Positions 18,496 through 29,252 of a DNA stretch of 64,000 nucleotides are shown one piece after another (the stretch's first letter is position 1; each line of letters begins with the position of its first letter). Position numbers and translations under genes: made by a program. Below the pieces are notes generated by a model. That model was given only the letters and a program-made list of their open reading frames with translations, searched no databases and was not told the origin of the DNA. The stretch is from a virus: the IMG/VR virus record IMGVR_UViG_3300046753_000522, positions 37,941 through 101,940 of that record; one strand, written 5' to 3'.

Positions 18496-20408
18496 TATCT
18501 GGTCTCTACAACAATTGCCTTCGTAAATGATTCTTCGGGGTCAAACTTAATGATATTGTTTAGTTCCGAAACCACCACTGATTCATTCGCAGGTACAGCG
18601 AACAGTTTTATGAAGTTCTTACCGCCTGGAACATTCTGTACATTTAGTCCAGTGATTGCAACTCTACCCGTCTCAGGGAAATACTCGCCGACATTTTCTA
18701 TGAGCACGCGACCTGACTGAGTTACAACCTCGAGTGCGCGCGAAGGACCAACACGAAATTGCGTGGGCGCATTTTCTTCGGTGAGTCGTACTCGGTCGAG
18801 CAACTTGTTGCGGATAAAGCAGATTTGATTCTTGTATGTAAACAGAGAAGAGTAAACAGACGCTTCGTCAGATTCTTCAGGGATTTGTAATGGTGTCGGG
18901 AAAGTCTGCTCATAGTTAAACTCAAAGTTTAGCAGAGGTAGTATTCTTCGTTGTATAACTGTTCTCGATCTAGAAGAAAGAACTGACGGGTCAGTAGCGT
19001 CAACCTGTGTGAGCATGTTTGAGCGACGGAATACCTGATCGAACTTTCCTGTATTCTCTTCAAAATACTTTGCAATATTTCGTTCTACATTATTACGAAT
19101 AGTAGAAGAGTTGATGCCAGTCAACGATGGGTTAAACTGGAAGAAAGTTTGTGTTGAAATGTATGTTGTAACTGGATCAGTAAACTTCAGATCAAAGGAA
19201 ACAATTGAGAAGTCATCAGCGAGGGCAAGAATCTTTTTACGGACGTCAGCGATAGTTGAATTATCGAGACCCTCTTTCCAAACGATTGAGGTGAACACCT
19301 TTCCGTAATCGGGTTTGGGGTCGTCCTCACCGCCCCACGACTTGATGTCCTCAATGAAGGTGGAGTATCTTTTCAAGATCAAGGCAGAGTAGTCAAGTGA
19401 TGTTACCATTCGATTCTGCGCAGCATATTGGAACGGTGCGTTCTTGCGCATTGATTCGATTGTTTCTTTATCGCCACCCCCAGCGGTAGTAGACAACATT
19501 GTAACTGAGATGTTATCGGGACTGATTCCGGTTTCGTTGAGACTGATAGGAGTCTTTAGAACCAGTGACCGAATACCGTTTGCTTCCTCACCTCTGGTGC
19601 GCAGGTAGTTTACGTTGACGACATTACCTGCTGTCGGTGCTTCACCGAGTGAGTTACCATTACCGAACGTCAACTCGTAGTAACCATTCGGTGCCTCTCG
19701 CAGAACGTAGAGACGGGAAGTCTCGTCAATGGTAGTAGCATCCAGAAGGTTAGTGTAAATGTTGAACGCTGAACCGCCGTCAACTACAGCAGAACCTTGG
19801 TCGGTGAACACTTTGATAAGTGCGGTTTCGATATCAATATTCGGATCAGGCACAACGTACACGGTATCTTCTTCTGTGCCAACGATAAAGTCTTGATTGC
19901 GCTCGATACCTTCATAAACTTTGATGGGTTCATCAGGCGCATCGAAGGGGGCGAAAGTATAGACGCCTGTTCCCTGTGCGTTAGCGACCAACGAGTCACG
20001 GTTTGTGAACGTATAGTCGATGTCGTCCTTACTACCACGGAGCACCAACTCTCCAGGTTGAAGTACGGCGACTTCGGCAAGTCCAGGAACACCAACCGCG
20101 TTGATCGTTAGGTCGACCGTTGCTTCTGCTGACTTCTTTGAGTCAGGGATATAACCCAATGACTCAGCGAGCGATACAACAGAGGGTCGCAACTGTGCGG
20201 TGACGAGGTATGACTCGTTGAGGGCAAAGTTTGCGATAAGTGCGCTGAGGTGAGTGTTGTGTGATAGAACGTCAAGGATGTTACTGAGACCTGCTCCCTC
20301 AAAGTCGTAATCCGCAAACTCTCCGCTTTCTTTCAGGAAAGTCTTGAGAGTTTCTTTGAGGTTCTGAAAGTCTAATTCTGACGATTTTATTGTTGTTGGT
20401 GTTGTCAT
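18495..20408 (-). CDS. gp6: Baseplate wedge subunit gp6
   Basis: ELDF..LK..LK.FL, DYDFEG.GLS.ILDVL, QNR.VT..DY, WGGED. Confidence 0.92.
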   Translation of the reverse strand: MTTPTTIKSSELDFQNLKETLKTFLKESGEFADYDFEGAGLSNILDVLSHNTHLSALIANFALNESYLVTAQLRPSVVSLAESLGYIPDSKKSAEATVDLTINAVGVPGLAEVAVLQPGELVLRGSKDDIDYTFTNRDSLVANAQGTGVYTFAPFDAPDEPIKVYEGIERNQDFIVGTEEDTVYVVPDPNIDIETALIKVFTDQGSAVVDGGSAFNIYTNLLDATTIDETSRLYVLREAPNGYYELTFGNGNSLGEAPTAGNVVNVNYLRTRGEEANGIRSLVLKTPISLNETGISPDNISVTMLSTTAGGGDKETIESMRKNAPFQYAAQNRMVTSLDYSALILKRYSTFIEDIKSWGGEDDPKPDYGKVFTSIVWKEGLDNSTIADVRKKILALADDFSIVSFDLKFTDPVTTYISTQTFFQFNPSLTGINSSTIRNNVERNIAKYFEENTGKFDQVFRRSNMLTQVDATDPSVLSSRSRTVIQRRILPLLNFEFNYEQTFPTPLQIPEESDEASVYSSLFTYKNQICFIRNKLLDRVRLTEENAPTQFRVGPSRALEVVTQSGRVLIENVGEYFPETGRVAITGLNVQNVPGGKNFIKLFAVPANESVVVSELNNIIKFDPEESFTKAIVVETR

Positions 20409-20409
20409 A

Positions 20410-20955
20410 TCAGCGTAACCTGTTCATGTTGACTTTCGCTACGAAAGATTCTTGATAGTTGTCGATTTTAAATTCTACTTTGATCACAACAGTATTGTGT
20501 ATCTGTTCTCGCAGGATAGTCATTCCCTGCGGTATCTTTTGATTGCTATCCCAGAATTCAACATTAATGATCGTTGCTCTTGGTTCGTCCCTTTCAATCG
20601 CTCGTGTAATCTCTGTTCGCACTAATTCTTCGGTGTAGTTCTCAACCGTCTCAAAGAGCATAGCACGGACGTTAGCGCCAAAGTAGGGATTGTATGGTTT
20701 CTCAAAGTAGTTTGTGAGAAGAATATTCTCGACAGACTGTACGACAGCAGCAGCATCTTCTTTCTTATAGATGTCGCCAACCATCTGACCATCAACCAGA
20801 ACCATTCTTCCTGACCGTACATCCCATCGATAGACAGGGTCTTGTACAGTTCCAGGTTTTGGTTGGAATCGTAGATCGATATCCCTGTTTCTGCGGACTC
20901 TGGACGTCGCAAGAGTCTTGTTTTTTAATCCTGGTGATACCCGTTTGAGTGCCAT
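20410..20955 (-). CDS. gp25: Baseplate wedge subunit gp25
   Basis: AV.QSV.NILLTN..EKPY.P.FG..V..MLFE, EPR. Confidence 0.88.
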   Translation of the reverse strand: MALKRVSPGLKNKTLATSRVRRNRDIDLRFQPKPGTVQDPVYRWDVRSGRMVLVDGQMVGDIYKKEDAAAVVQSVENILLTNYFEKPYNPYFGANVRAMLFETVENYTEELVRTEITRAIERDEPRATIINVEFWDSNQKIPQGMTILREQIHNTVVIKVEFKIDNYQESFVAKVNMNRLR

Positions 20956-20980
20956 TTCGTTATCCCACCTTGTATGGGTT

Positions 20981-20988
20981 TATTTATA
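20981..20988 (-). promoter_or_regulatory. T4-type late promoter TATAAATA
   Basis: Exact consensus upstream of gp25. Confidence 0.8.
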
Positions 20989-20994
20989 CGGTTA

Positions 20995-23475
20995 TCAGTC
21001 AGTTATCTCAACAAGGTCGGCACCAGAGAACATCTTCCTGTTGAAGTATGTGCAAACTTTTTGCTCGAAAGTCGCCTTGTAGTCTTTCTCGATCTTTGGC
21101 ATAACGACAATCAACTGCTGAGACATATTCCCATCGGGGCGAGTGATATCATAATCGAGACTCAACTGGTCGAAGAAGAAAGTGTCTCGGATATACAAAG
21201 AAAGGTCAAAGGTGGCGCGATAGTCGATCTTACCTCTTGTGTTATAGAGAGTGTATACGACAGCACGACCTTCGTACTTCAGTTGGTTGATTGGGAAAGC
21301 ACCAGCAACGATAGACTTCTGGGTACTTCCACCATCTTCTTTGCGATATGGTTCGCGCCAGTATCTCTTCTGTACTGGTTCTTTCTCTTTATACTTTCTT
21401 CGGATACCGTTGGCAGGATTATAGTATGCTTCGGTGACTTGTAATCTGTGGTGCTTGAAGTCTGCGCATCCAGCAATGCCTTCCATCAACCACGCATGCA
21501 GGTAATACTGACGGGCAAGGTCTTGTCGATGTTTGATGATTGGCACAAACTCAAGACTGGTCATGGATCCAGGAGCACCAAAGAACTTCGAAACCGTACA
21601 AGACTTCGACAACTTGGTGCTGCTCGTAATCGGGGCATCGTATCGGTCTGGGTTGTAGATGGGATCTGCAAGAATCGTACGAGTCAGCGCCTGCTTGTTC
21701 TTGGGCAGGAAGGTCTTGCTCGCCCTCTCGACAGGGTTTCCGAGAAGCGTGTAACCGAACCTTGGAATAGGTTCACTCTGACCTGTTCGTTTGACCTCGT
21801 ACGGAGGAGGAGGTGCTCCGATATTATACAAGGGATTCAGGCGATTTTCGTTCAATAGGGACTCAATACACTTCGGACCGTCGGTCTGCATCTCGGGTGC
21901 GGTAACGATATCGCTCGCCCCATCCATCGTACGCAACTTCGACCGTATCTCCATTGTGTTGGGAGTCCAGTTGAAGTAGTAACTGTATGTGTCGATCTTG
22001 GCGATCTTGTCCTCAAGATAACCATCCTCGTCAACTTCAACCATACGCACAGCATACGGTGAAGTTTTCTGCCACACTTCCCACCACTGAGGGGGATTGG
22101 CGTAGTTCTTGAACAGAGGTTCATGCGGTGCGTTGGCATCTGGCCATTGCGCCATCAGGTTGACCGCATCGGGATCCTTTGGAGTTGTCCAACCCTCAGA
22201 CCACATATCAACAGATGCATAGACCACGTGATTGTTCTTTGCTTCCCAACCCCAGTCAAAGATGTACTCAGGTTTCTCTTCGCCCTTCATGTCTGAAGAA
22301 CCGTCATGGGTGTCGTCCCAATCATTAGTTGCAATGGGAAGTGCGGGGTAGTCGTGGTCGATAGGCAGGTTAATTGCACCTGGACTACCGCCGAGAGAAA
22401 CCGCCATCAGAGAACGATCAGCAGCACGTGCATGTTCTGCCCTGTAGCAATCATCTGCTCGATCAGCGTAATTTGCATAGTTGGAAATATGCGCGCTGTG
22501 TGCCTCTTCAGAATACTTTGCGAACTTTGAGGTCCATGCCTCGAGTGCGCGACCGACGAGGTTTCCGTGGAATACCGTGTCCTTGCCCTGACCGTCTTCA
22601 CCGCCAGTGTAAAGTGAACCAAAGTAATGGAAGTCCGGACCACCGATCTTTCCCTTCTTGCCGATCACGCGTGTGTCTTCAGAAGAGAATGTCATGAACC
22701 CGCCACTGGTAGCAGTGAAATGAGACATTGCAGAGAAACGAATACCGCGTTTTGCGTTGGGGATAATATCGTTACCAGAGATCAACCGTAGATCTTTCTT
22801 CGTGATGATCTTATGTTCACTTGAACCATAGTCAAGGCGATCGCCCCAAACCTTTGTGTCCATATTACCCCGAACAATGGTTGAGTGCGTGTCACCCGTT
22901 TCGGTGATCAACGTTCCGTGTACCGAGTGGTTTTGATTGGCACCGACAGTGACGTTATAATTGCCACCGACATGCATATTATAGTTGCCATTGACCGTCA
23001 GGTTGAGGTCGCCGTCATAGGTCAGGTTGCCTTCTCCCTGCACCACAAGTTCGTGGTCGGCACCAACGACTTGTACTTGGTGTGAACGAGATGAGATCAG
23101 TACTGAACCGTCTTGCTTGAGTTCAACGCCTGCGCCCGTATGGTGTTTGATTAATATGCGCTGGTTTCCTGGAGTGTCGTCCATCTCGAACGAGTGTCCA
23201 GTCAGAGTCTCGTTTGCCTGATTGAATGGGTAGATGGAGGTTGTCGCCATGGGTACGTCGAAGTTTGTGCCAACCGTGCTGCCCCGACTCCAAACTTCAT
23301 TAATCTTGATTCCCATACTCGCACGATTGAGACTTGTACCGAACCAGTTTCCTCTGCGGGGAAACTCTCCAGTGGGGTCAGCAAATCCATCGATGGGTAT
23401 ACCAGTGGTGAGTTCTTTCTCTTCACCACCTTCTTCTTTGGCGCGTTGCGTTATCTTGTTATTTCCTGTTGTCAT
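20995..23475 (-). CDS. gp5 C-terminal beta-helix spike with a degenerate peptidase M15-like C-terminal domain
   Basis: GF.DP.G.FP, YP.NQ..ET..GH.FE.DDTPG..R, VxGxxxxx repeats; C-terminal FDQL.L.Y. Confidence 0.75.
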   Translation of the reverse strand: MTTGNNKITQRAKEEGGEEKELTTGIPIDGFADPTGEFPRRGNWFGTSLNRASMGIKINEVWSRGSTVGTNFDVPMATTSIYPFNQANETLTGHSFEMDDTPGNQRILIKHHTGAGVELKQDGSVLISSRSHQVQVVGADHELVVQGEGNLTYDGDLNLTVNGNYNMHVGGNYNVTVGANQNHSVHGTLITETGDTHSTIVRGNMDTKVWGDRLDYGSSEHKIITKKDLRLISGNDIIPNAKRGIRFSAMSHFTATSGGFMTFSSEDTRVIGKKGKIGGPDFHYFGSLYTGGEDGQGKDTVFHGNLVGRALEAWTSKFAKYSEEAHSAHISNYANYADRADDCYRAEHARAADRSLMAVSLGGSPGAINLPIDHDYPALPIATNDWDDTHDGSSDMKGEEKPEYIFDWGWEAKNNHVVYASVDMWSEGWTTPKDPDAVNLMAQWPDANAPHEPLFKNYANPPQWWEVWQKTSPYAVRMVEVDEDGYLEDKIAKIDTYSYYFNWTPNTMEIRSKLRTMDGASDIVTAPEMQTDGPKCIESLLNENRLNPLYNIGAPPPPYEVKRTGQSEPIPRFGYTLLGNPVERASKTFLPKNKQALTRTILADPIYNPDRYDAPITSSTKLSKSCTVSKFFGAPGSMTSLEFVPIIKHRQDLARQYYLHAWLMEGIAGCADFKHHRLQVTEAYYNPANGIRRKYKEKEPVQKRYWREPYRKEDGGSTQKSIVAGAFPINQLKYEGRAVVYTLYNTRGKIDYRATFDLSLYIRDTFFFDQLSLDYDITRPDGNMSQQLIVVMPKIEKDYKATFEQKVCTYFNRKMFSGADLVEITD

Positions 23476-24954
23476 TTAAAACTTCTTATCCAGTACGTCG
23501 GGGTCTTTCTCTGATACCTGCGGACCTTCTCTTTCCAGTGCCTTCAGGATATCATCGGGTGAAAGGGCAGGGTCATTTAGCGGATCTGCATATAAACTCT
23601 GTTTATTGAAGTTGTTATATGCATAATCTCGAACGTCAAACCCTGGATCATCCTGTGAGGCATCTACGTCCATATGACCGAGTGCCTGACCTCCTGGGAA
23701 TTGATCAAAGAAAGTCTTGAATACACAGTACAGGGTGCTGTACTGGGTAGAAGTAATTCCTCTCGCGCCAGACACTTCGTACAAATCTTCGGTGCCCGAG
23801 GCAACGTTCACGCCACCAACCAAGCACACACCAATAGAGTATGCGTTATGGTTGTTTGGTGGACAATGCGATCCTACTGAATTAACGGGAACACCTCTCT
23901 GTATCGAACCATCTCTCATAATAATTATGTGGTATGCGTTATCACCACTACCAGTCAGATCTGTCAGGTTTTCTGCTGTCAGGTTTGCGTTAGTATATGT
24001 ATCAGAATAATGAACAATGATTTCGCTGACGTCTCTTGTGATTGACGACATCTCTGATTCTAACTCTTCCAGCGAACTAATGTTATTGTCACCAAGTCCT
24101 GCTTGCAAACTACCGATACCGATCTCGTAGGGAGGAGGCATAGGAAGGTCATCGCTGGCACCAACCGTACCAGCGAGGGTGGGAAGGTAGGATCCAAAAG
24201 TATTTGCCAAACTGTTTGTTGACACCACTGCGCCTGTCTGGGACTTAACTAATTCTGCGGCGACCGCATTTCTAAAACTCTGCGGAAGATTCTCAACAGG
24301 GATAGTGTCGGGGATGGGAGCACCACTCGGTGATGTCGTGCTCGTAAACTGACGAACTACAGCAGCAGGTATTGCATCGGTGTTCAACGATCCGTTGCCA
24401 CCCAAAAGGTCTGTCACTGCACTGGTAAGTTCGTTGTCAAAGCGAATTTGATTACCTTGACCATCCAATATGCCCTGGACCGACTGATTCAATATCTTTC
24501 TCGTTTGGTTTGTTGCGTCCGCGACCATACCCTGCATAAATCCGTTGAAACCGAAGTTATCGAGAACCTCGTCTACCTTGCCCGACTTCTCAAGAAGGTC
24601 AACGTTGTAACGACTTATCGCGGCATTCAGAGAACGAGAAACAACAAAGTCGATATCGGTTTCTACACCAAAGTTATTAAACACACCGTTAGACCTCAAC
24701 GCATTCGTGAGGGTAGATCTAGTCATTCCAGGAGTTTGCGAGAGCAGAATGTCTGCTGCTCCCGTGTATGCCTCGTCAGGTATCTCACCGTTTGGTCCAA
24801 TGCGATCTTGCATATCCGAGATGTAGTTGGTCAGGTTCGTCCTTGTTACGGGATCAAGGTTGCCATTAGAGAACTGATCAACGCCTGCCTTCGTGCCAGT
24901 CTTGATACTCTGAGCAATTATCTCGTTGAGATATGATTGATCTGGGATACTCAC
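23476..24954 (-). CDS. Structural protein with C-terminal N-acetylmuramoyl-L-alanine amidase (Amidase_2)
   Basis: IIVH, YH.II..DG, G.HC...N..SIGVCLVGG, GH.D....DPGFDV. Confidence 0.8.
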   Translation of the reverse strand: MSIPDQSYLNEIIAQSIKTGTKAGVDQFSNGNLDPVTRTNLTNYISDMQDRIGPNGEIPDEAYTGAADILLSQTPGMTRSTLTNALRSNGVFNNFGVETDIDFVVSRSLNAAISRYNVDLLEKSGKVDEVLDNFGFNGFMQGMVADATNQTRKILNQSVQGILDGQGNQIRFDNELTSAVTDLLGGNGSLNTDAIPAAVVRQFTSTTSPSGAPIPDTIPVENLPQSFRNAVAAELVKSQTGAVVSTNSLANTFGSYLPTLAGTVGASDDLPMPPPYEIGIGSLQAGLGDNNISSLEELESEMSSITRDVSEIIVHYSDTYTNANLTAENLTDLTGSGDNAYHIIIMRDGSIQRGVPVNSVGSHCPPNNHNAYSIGVCLVGGVNVASGTEDLYEVSGARGITSTQYSTLYCVFKTFFDQFPGGQALGHMDVDASQDDPGFDVRDYAYNNFNKQSLYADPLNDPALSPDDILKALEREGPQVSEKDPDVLDKKF

Positions 24955-26102
24955 GTGCCTTCACCATATGGAACATTGTTCGGATTAAATCCTCGCTGTG
25001 CTCTCTCTTCGACCGGAACTTCGTTCGGCGGGAAGGTGCTTGGGTCAGTGACGTCAACACCCGTCCTGTAGAAGTAAGCACGAGCATACTCGACGCTGTT
25101 CTTACCGCCCGAACCAGAGGGCACTTCGTTGATCGGAGACAAGAAGTCGAGTATCGCCTTCTTACCGCCCTTGACGAATCTGTGTCCTGGAATTGGCGGG
25201 TATGTCCCAACCTCTTCAATGATCTCGGGGATTTTGCCATCGTACATACCATTCTTATACTCGTCGACATATCGGTCGAGCATATCATTTATCGCTTCTG
25301 GAGAAGAGGCACAGAAAATTCTATAAGGAAAATGATTACGCTCGTTGCCGATATGATAGATGGCATCATCATTATCTGCATCTGATGCCTCGCCGTTTTT
25401 CTCCTTTACGATATCACTGCCTGTATGATACGTGATGGTCTCCATCATCCAGCAATCTGGTTCGGAGTACGCTGCGGTCGTACCGCCCTTTGGTGTATCA
25501 GTTCCCTGTAGAATATCTTGGTCTACGTCAGGTGTGTCATGCCACAAGTAACCGTGCTCCCAACCCTGATCACCCCAGTCAGGTGCAGGACCGAGTCGTT
25601 TGGCAGGTCTGTCCTTTGTGGGTTCAGGTTCATACCAGAACACGGGAGGAGGATCGTTCTTTGTTCTTTGGAATATATGCTTCTGCGTTCCACTGTAGTT
25701 TGTCTGGTGAAACTCATCATCATAGATGTGATCACCCGCCTCACCGTATCCGTCTTTGCTCTGCTCTGGCCAATACAACGGGAGTTCCATCTCGCCATGT
25801 ACATATAAAATACCTGTGCCGTATGTCAGGTGGTCAATGTCAGGAACTTCTTCCGTCAGGGAGACCCAACCGTCAGCACGGTCAAAGTGATTGGGGCGAT
25901 TATCGTTGTATGGTTTACCTAAAGAATTGAGATTACCAAACCTCTCGAAATCCCTTACAGCATATCGTCCGACATTTGAAAGGTTGTTGACAAACCACTT
26001 GCGTATTCGATCAGCATGATGCGCCTCAAGATCCCGTAGATTGATTCTATCAAACAGGTTCTTAATGTACTGATTAACTTCCGATAGGTTGATCGTTGCC
26101 AT
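24951..26102 (-). CDS. Hypothetical protein within the gp5 locus
   Basis: 383 aa, translationally coupled on both sides. Confidence 0.6.
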   Translation of the reverse strand: MATINLSEVNQYIKNLFDRINLRDLEAHHADRIRKWFVNNLSNVGRYAVRDFERFGNLNSLGKPYNDNRPNHFDRADGWVSLTEEVPDIDHLTYGTGILYVHGEMELPLYWPEQSKDGYGEAGDHIYDDEFHQTNYSGTQKHIFQRTKNDPPPVFWYEPEPTKDRPAKRLGPAPDWGDQGWEHGYLWHDTPDVDQDILQGTDTPKGGTTAAYSEPDCWMMETITYHTGSDIVKEKNGEASDADNDDAIYHIGNERNHFPYRIFCASSPEAINDMLDRYVDEYKNGMYDGKIPEIIEEVGTYPPIPGHRFVKGGKKAILDFLSPINEVPSGSGGKNSVEYARAYFYRTGVDVTDPSTFPPNEVPVEERAQRGFNPNNVPYGEGT

Positions 26103-26995
26103 TACCTTGCTCCTAATCCCCCGTAGATTCCCTTCGCTGCTCCTTCAGCAGCACCCTTTGAACAGGTGGTCAGGGGATGGACATAATACTTGACGAGTGC
26201 GGCAACTTGCCCGTTGCCCTTCTCTTCAATACCGTCGATCTTTTCTCCATACAAACTGCCCTCGATCTCTCGAGCGCGAAGTATCTTAGAGAGTGCGGTT
26301 GAGTTCGTTGTTTGTAACTCGTGTAGTACATATAACAGTTGCCCATCGAAATCTTTTGCGGTCTTTGTGGGGGCGAGTCGCTTAATATATGAGTTGAATC
26401 TCGCATACCGTGCGCTGTCTTTTGGCCAACCCGCGATTCCAAAACCGTTACCCTCTTGAGTGGGAGAGAGTCCACTGATCGTTTGTAGTACGCCAGTGAT
26501 TGACGATGCCTGCTTTGCATTGAACCCGTTGTCAATGAAGTATCGAGCGACATCTGCTGCAGGTATTCCCTCTGTTTCGAATATGGGATCTTCCATCTGA
26601 GCATTTGTTTGCTGGAAGTAATACGCGAAAGGATTGGTTGCAGGGTCCATACGATACTGTGATTGCACAGACGTAGGATACTCAACGTGTGGTAGTGAAC
26701 CAACGATGAGAGGAACCTGGGAGTTAATACCGTCAAGGAAGAAACCGAATACAATGGCACCTGCCTGTATGTGCGGTATCGTACCCAAACCAGAAACACC
26801 ATACGTATCCGAGGGAAGCATCACCTGCGCCCAAGGCAGATCCTTTTGCGGAATCTGGTTGACGTCGCCACTGTGTATACCATGTATACGAATCTTGACC
26901 CTGCCTTCGTATCCATGGGGTGGTGTGGCGTCAATTACGTTGGCGACAAACCAACGAACGTCATCGCCGTAAAATTCTTTATTATATGTTTTCAT
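26102..26995 (-). CDS. gp5 N-terminal OB-fold fused to a tail-lysozyme-2-like domain
   Basis: GRVKIRIHGIH...LPWA..M.P, VFGFFLDG...Q.PLI.GSL; GFGIAGW...R, QL.YV.HEL. Confidence 0.8.
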   Translation of the reverse strand: MKTYNKEFYGDDVRWFVANVIDATPPHGYEGRVKIRIHGIHSGDVNQIPQKDLPWAQVMLPSDTYGVSGLGTIPHIQAGAIVFGFFLDGINSQVPLIVGSLPHVEYPTSVQSQYRMDPATNPFAYYFQQTNAQMEDPIFETEGIPAADVARYFIDNGFNAKQASSITGVLQTISGLSPTQEGNGFGIAGWPKDSARYARFNSYIKRLAPTKTAKDFDGQLLYVLHELQTTNSTALSKILRAREIEGSLYGEKIDGIEEKGNGQVAALVKYYVHPLTTCSKGAAEGAAKGIYGGLGAR

Positions 26996-28395
26996 CTCGC
27001 TGGCACTTCCTCATCTTTAGGATTCTTGGCGAGTTTAGTTACATGCATAATAACATCATGAACCGTATTACGATAAAAGTTTCTACACTTATGTATTAGG
27101 TACAGTCCAGACATTTCTTGGTTCAACTTGCGGTTACCGCTTTCACCAGTGTCGGACTGTAGGAAGTCGATCCAGATAACGTCGCCCACAGAAGGCAACG
27201 AACTGCCACCGCTACCCTTTGACTTAAAGAACGAGATACCAGGAATCGTAACCTCAATCATATTTTTATTCAGTAGACTCTTGATTGCGTTTGCTCGAAT
27301 TTTATTCATTGCCTGTAACTGGTCTGGATCATCAGCATAACTATGGACCGAACCATATGTTCCGAGTGAAGATATTGTGCTGATGTAACGAGACTCACAG
27401 TCTGGTAGTTTTTTCTCTTCACCTTCTACTTCAATCTTCTGCTCAACGTCGTAAACATTCTGACCTGCTACGCCACCTGTTCCTAGCACTCCGACAGAGG
27501 CAAGTCTTTCAAGTAATTTCTTTCCGTCAAAGTGTCGATCAAACTTTTGCGAGGTGTAGGTGTCAATGTACATTAGGTTAGCGCCCAGTGCTCCCTCTTG
27601 CGTCAACTTTAGGGTGTCTTGAATACTATCAACAAGAACACGTTTCACAATCACATCTTGCTTGTCCTGCCCTTGACCAGCGATCATCATACCACGTGCT
27701 TGCGAGTAGAGCATATGCTTGTTTTCATTAAATGCCTCGGCGCTGAACATCTTCTCAAGATTACCTATGCGGATTTTGTCGACACCCTCCACTTGATCAT
27801 ACAAAGTTTGGTATGCATAGTATGGGCAACCAACGTCTGTCGTAGCGCGATCCATCAACCACTTAACTGCCTCAAGAGGACTAATGAACGGAGTGATGAT
27901 TCTAACGGGATCTTGCGACTCAACCTGATCGCCGCCATAGGAACGATCTACTTCGACACTCAGGTGGTTCTTCAAGATTGCCTCTGATATCTTGGTGAGT
28001 CTGCCTGTGTATGACCTCGAGATCTTAATGTTTTGATCACGGTAGGCATGAGGCGAGATAATATTAACATGATAGACTTCTGTTCGTTCTGCTGTCTTTT
28101 CTTGTTGAATAATAGAGACAATGTTGAACTCCATCGTCCATTCTACTTCACCAACAGTATCCTTTTCTGCTGTTGCTACCGTCAGTTTTATCTTCTCAGT
28201 GCCGAGTATCTTGATTTTCTGAATGAGACCAATGTCATCCATGAACACAATCTGTCCTGTGACATATGGTTTGTCGAGATCTTCAAAGCAAGACAATTCC
28301 ATAATGTATTGCTTTATATCATAACCTTCGTCACCAAGGCGATCCGCTGTTATGATCGCCTCAGTGATCTTAAATTCTTGAGTTAATTGGTTCAA
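26992..28395 (-). CDS. Baseplate hub protein, gp27-like
   Basis: FEDL..PYVTG.I...D, G.E.I.L, VGDVI...SGLYLI; lies between gp53 and gp5. Confidence 0.65.
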   Translation of the reverse strand: MNQLTQEFKITEAIITADRLGDEGYDIKQYIMELSCFEDLDKPYVTGQIVFMDDIGLIQKIKILGTEKIKLTVATAEKDTVGEVEWTMEFNIVSIIQQEKTAERTEVYHVNIISPHAYRDQNIKISRSYTGRLTKISEAILKNHLSVEVDRSYGGDQVESQDPVRIITPFISPLEAVKWLMDRATTDVGCPYYAYQTLYDQVEGVDKIRIGNLEKMFSAEAFNENKHMLYSQARGMMIAGQGQDKQDVIVKRVLVDSIQDTLKLTQEGALGANLMYIDTYTSQKFDRHFDGKKLLERLASVGVLGTGGVAGQNVYDVEQKIEVEGEEKKLPDCESRYISTISSLGTYGSVHSYADDPDQLQAMNKIRANAIKSLLNKNMIEVTIPGISFFKSKGSGGSSLPSVGDVIWIDFLQSDTGESGNRKLNQEMSGLYLIHKCRNFYRNTVHDVIMHVTKLAKNPKDEEVPAR

Positions 28396-28399
28396 CGTA

Positions 28400-29251
28400 T
28401 CAGTCTCTAGGTTGCGTCAATAGTTTCTTATATTCGTCGACAACTTGCTCAATGGTATCGGGTTTGAGAACTTTGATGCCTCTGGCAATATCGTTTTCTT
28501 CCTCAAGTCTTTGATAGTAAGAAACTGACTGCCTCGTGGTTACACTTTCTTGGTCCATCAGGTGAGGTGCTTCTGCAGAATAGGTTGGGTAGATCCAGTT
28601 GCCCTCTGCATCCTCGTAGTGATGCGGGGCATCCCACTGATTATATCTTCGAACAATAGAGGCACCATCAATCTCGTTGATGAATTGCTCTTCGACTTCC
28701 TCGCCGTTGAACATTGCCTCGCCCTCTGCCTTACCTATGCTGACCATCTGGTTAGATCGAATTGGCAACTTTTCGCATGCAATGTGGTACATGCCGAGGT
28801 CATAGTCTACGCGCAGGATTTTGCCCACAAGACCATCTGCCTTGAACCGCACATACTGTCCAGGAACGAGAGTGGTGCTGACGCCAAGAGGTCGGACATT
28901 TCCAGTAGGGAAGTTGATAAAGATACCGTTTGTCACGATACAAATATTCGGATAGTATCTCTGTGCTTGAGCATACAACAGGGTGTTCGATAATGGCCAA
29001 CCCTGCTCTCTCAGGTGGTTATTCATCAAGAAGAAGGTCCAGTAATAATCAGTCGTGTTATACAACTTCATCGAAACTTGATCTGGTCTCTCGGGATTTT
29101 GAATCTGATAGTCCATATAAAATGAACCATATTCTTGAACCTGATCGAATGCATCAATGTACACGCTGAGGTCTTGCCAACGAACTGGTTGCTCGTTGTC
29201 ACCAAAACGATAGTCTACCTTGGGAAAAGTTTGAAAGAAATTAGTTGGCAT
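28400..29251 (-). CDS. gp53: Baseplate wedge subunit gp53
   Basis: FF..FP.V.Y, ERPDQVS..LY....YYW, WPL, HHYED, EE.ND..R.IKVLKP. Confidence 0.88.
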   Translation of the reverse strand: MPTNFFQTFPKVDYRFGDNEQPVRWQDLSVYIDAFDQVQEYGSFYMDYQIQNPERPDQVSMKLYNTTDYYWTFFLMNNHLREQGWPLSNTLLYAQAQRYYPNICIVTNGIFINFPTGNVRPLGVSTTLVPGQYVRFKADGLVGKILRVDYDLGMYHIACEKLPIRSNQMVSIGKAEGEAMFNGEEVEEQFINEIDGASIVRRYNQWDAPHHYEDAEGNWIYPTYSAEAPHLMDQESVTTRQSVSYYQRLEEENDIARGIKVLKPDTIEQVVDEYKKLLTQPRD

Positions 29252-29252
29252 A

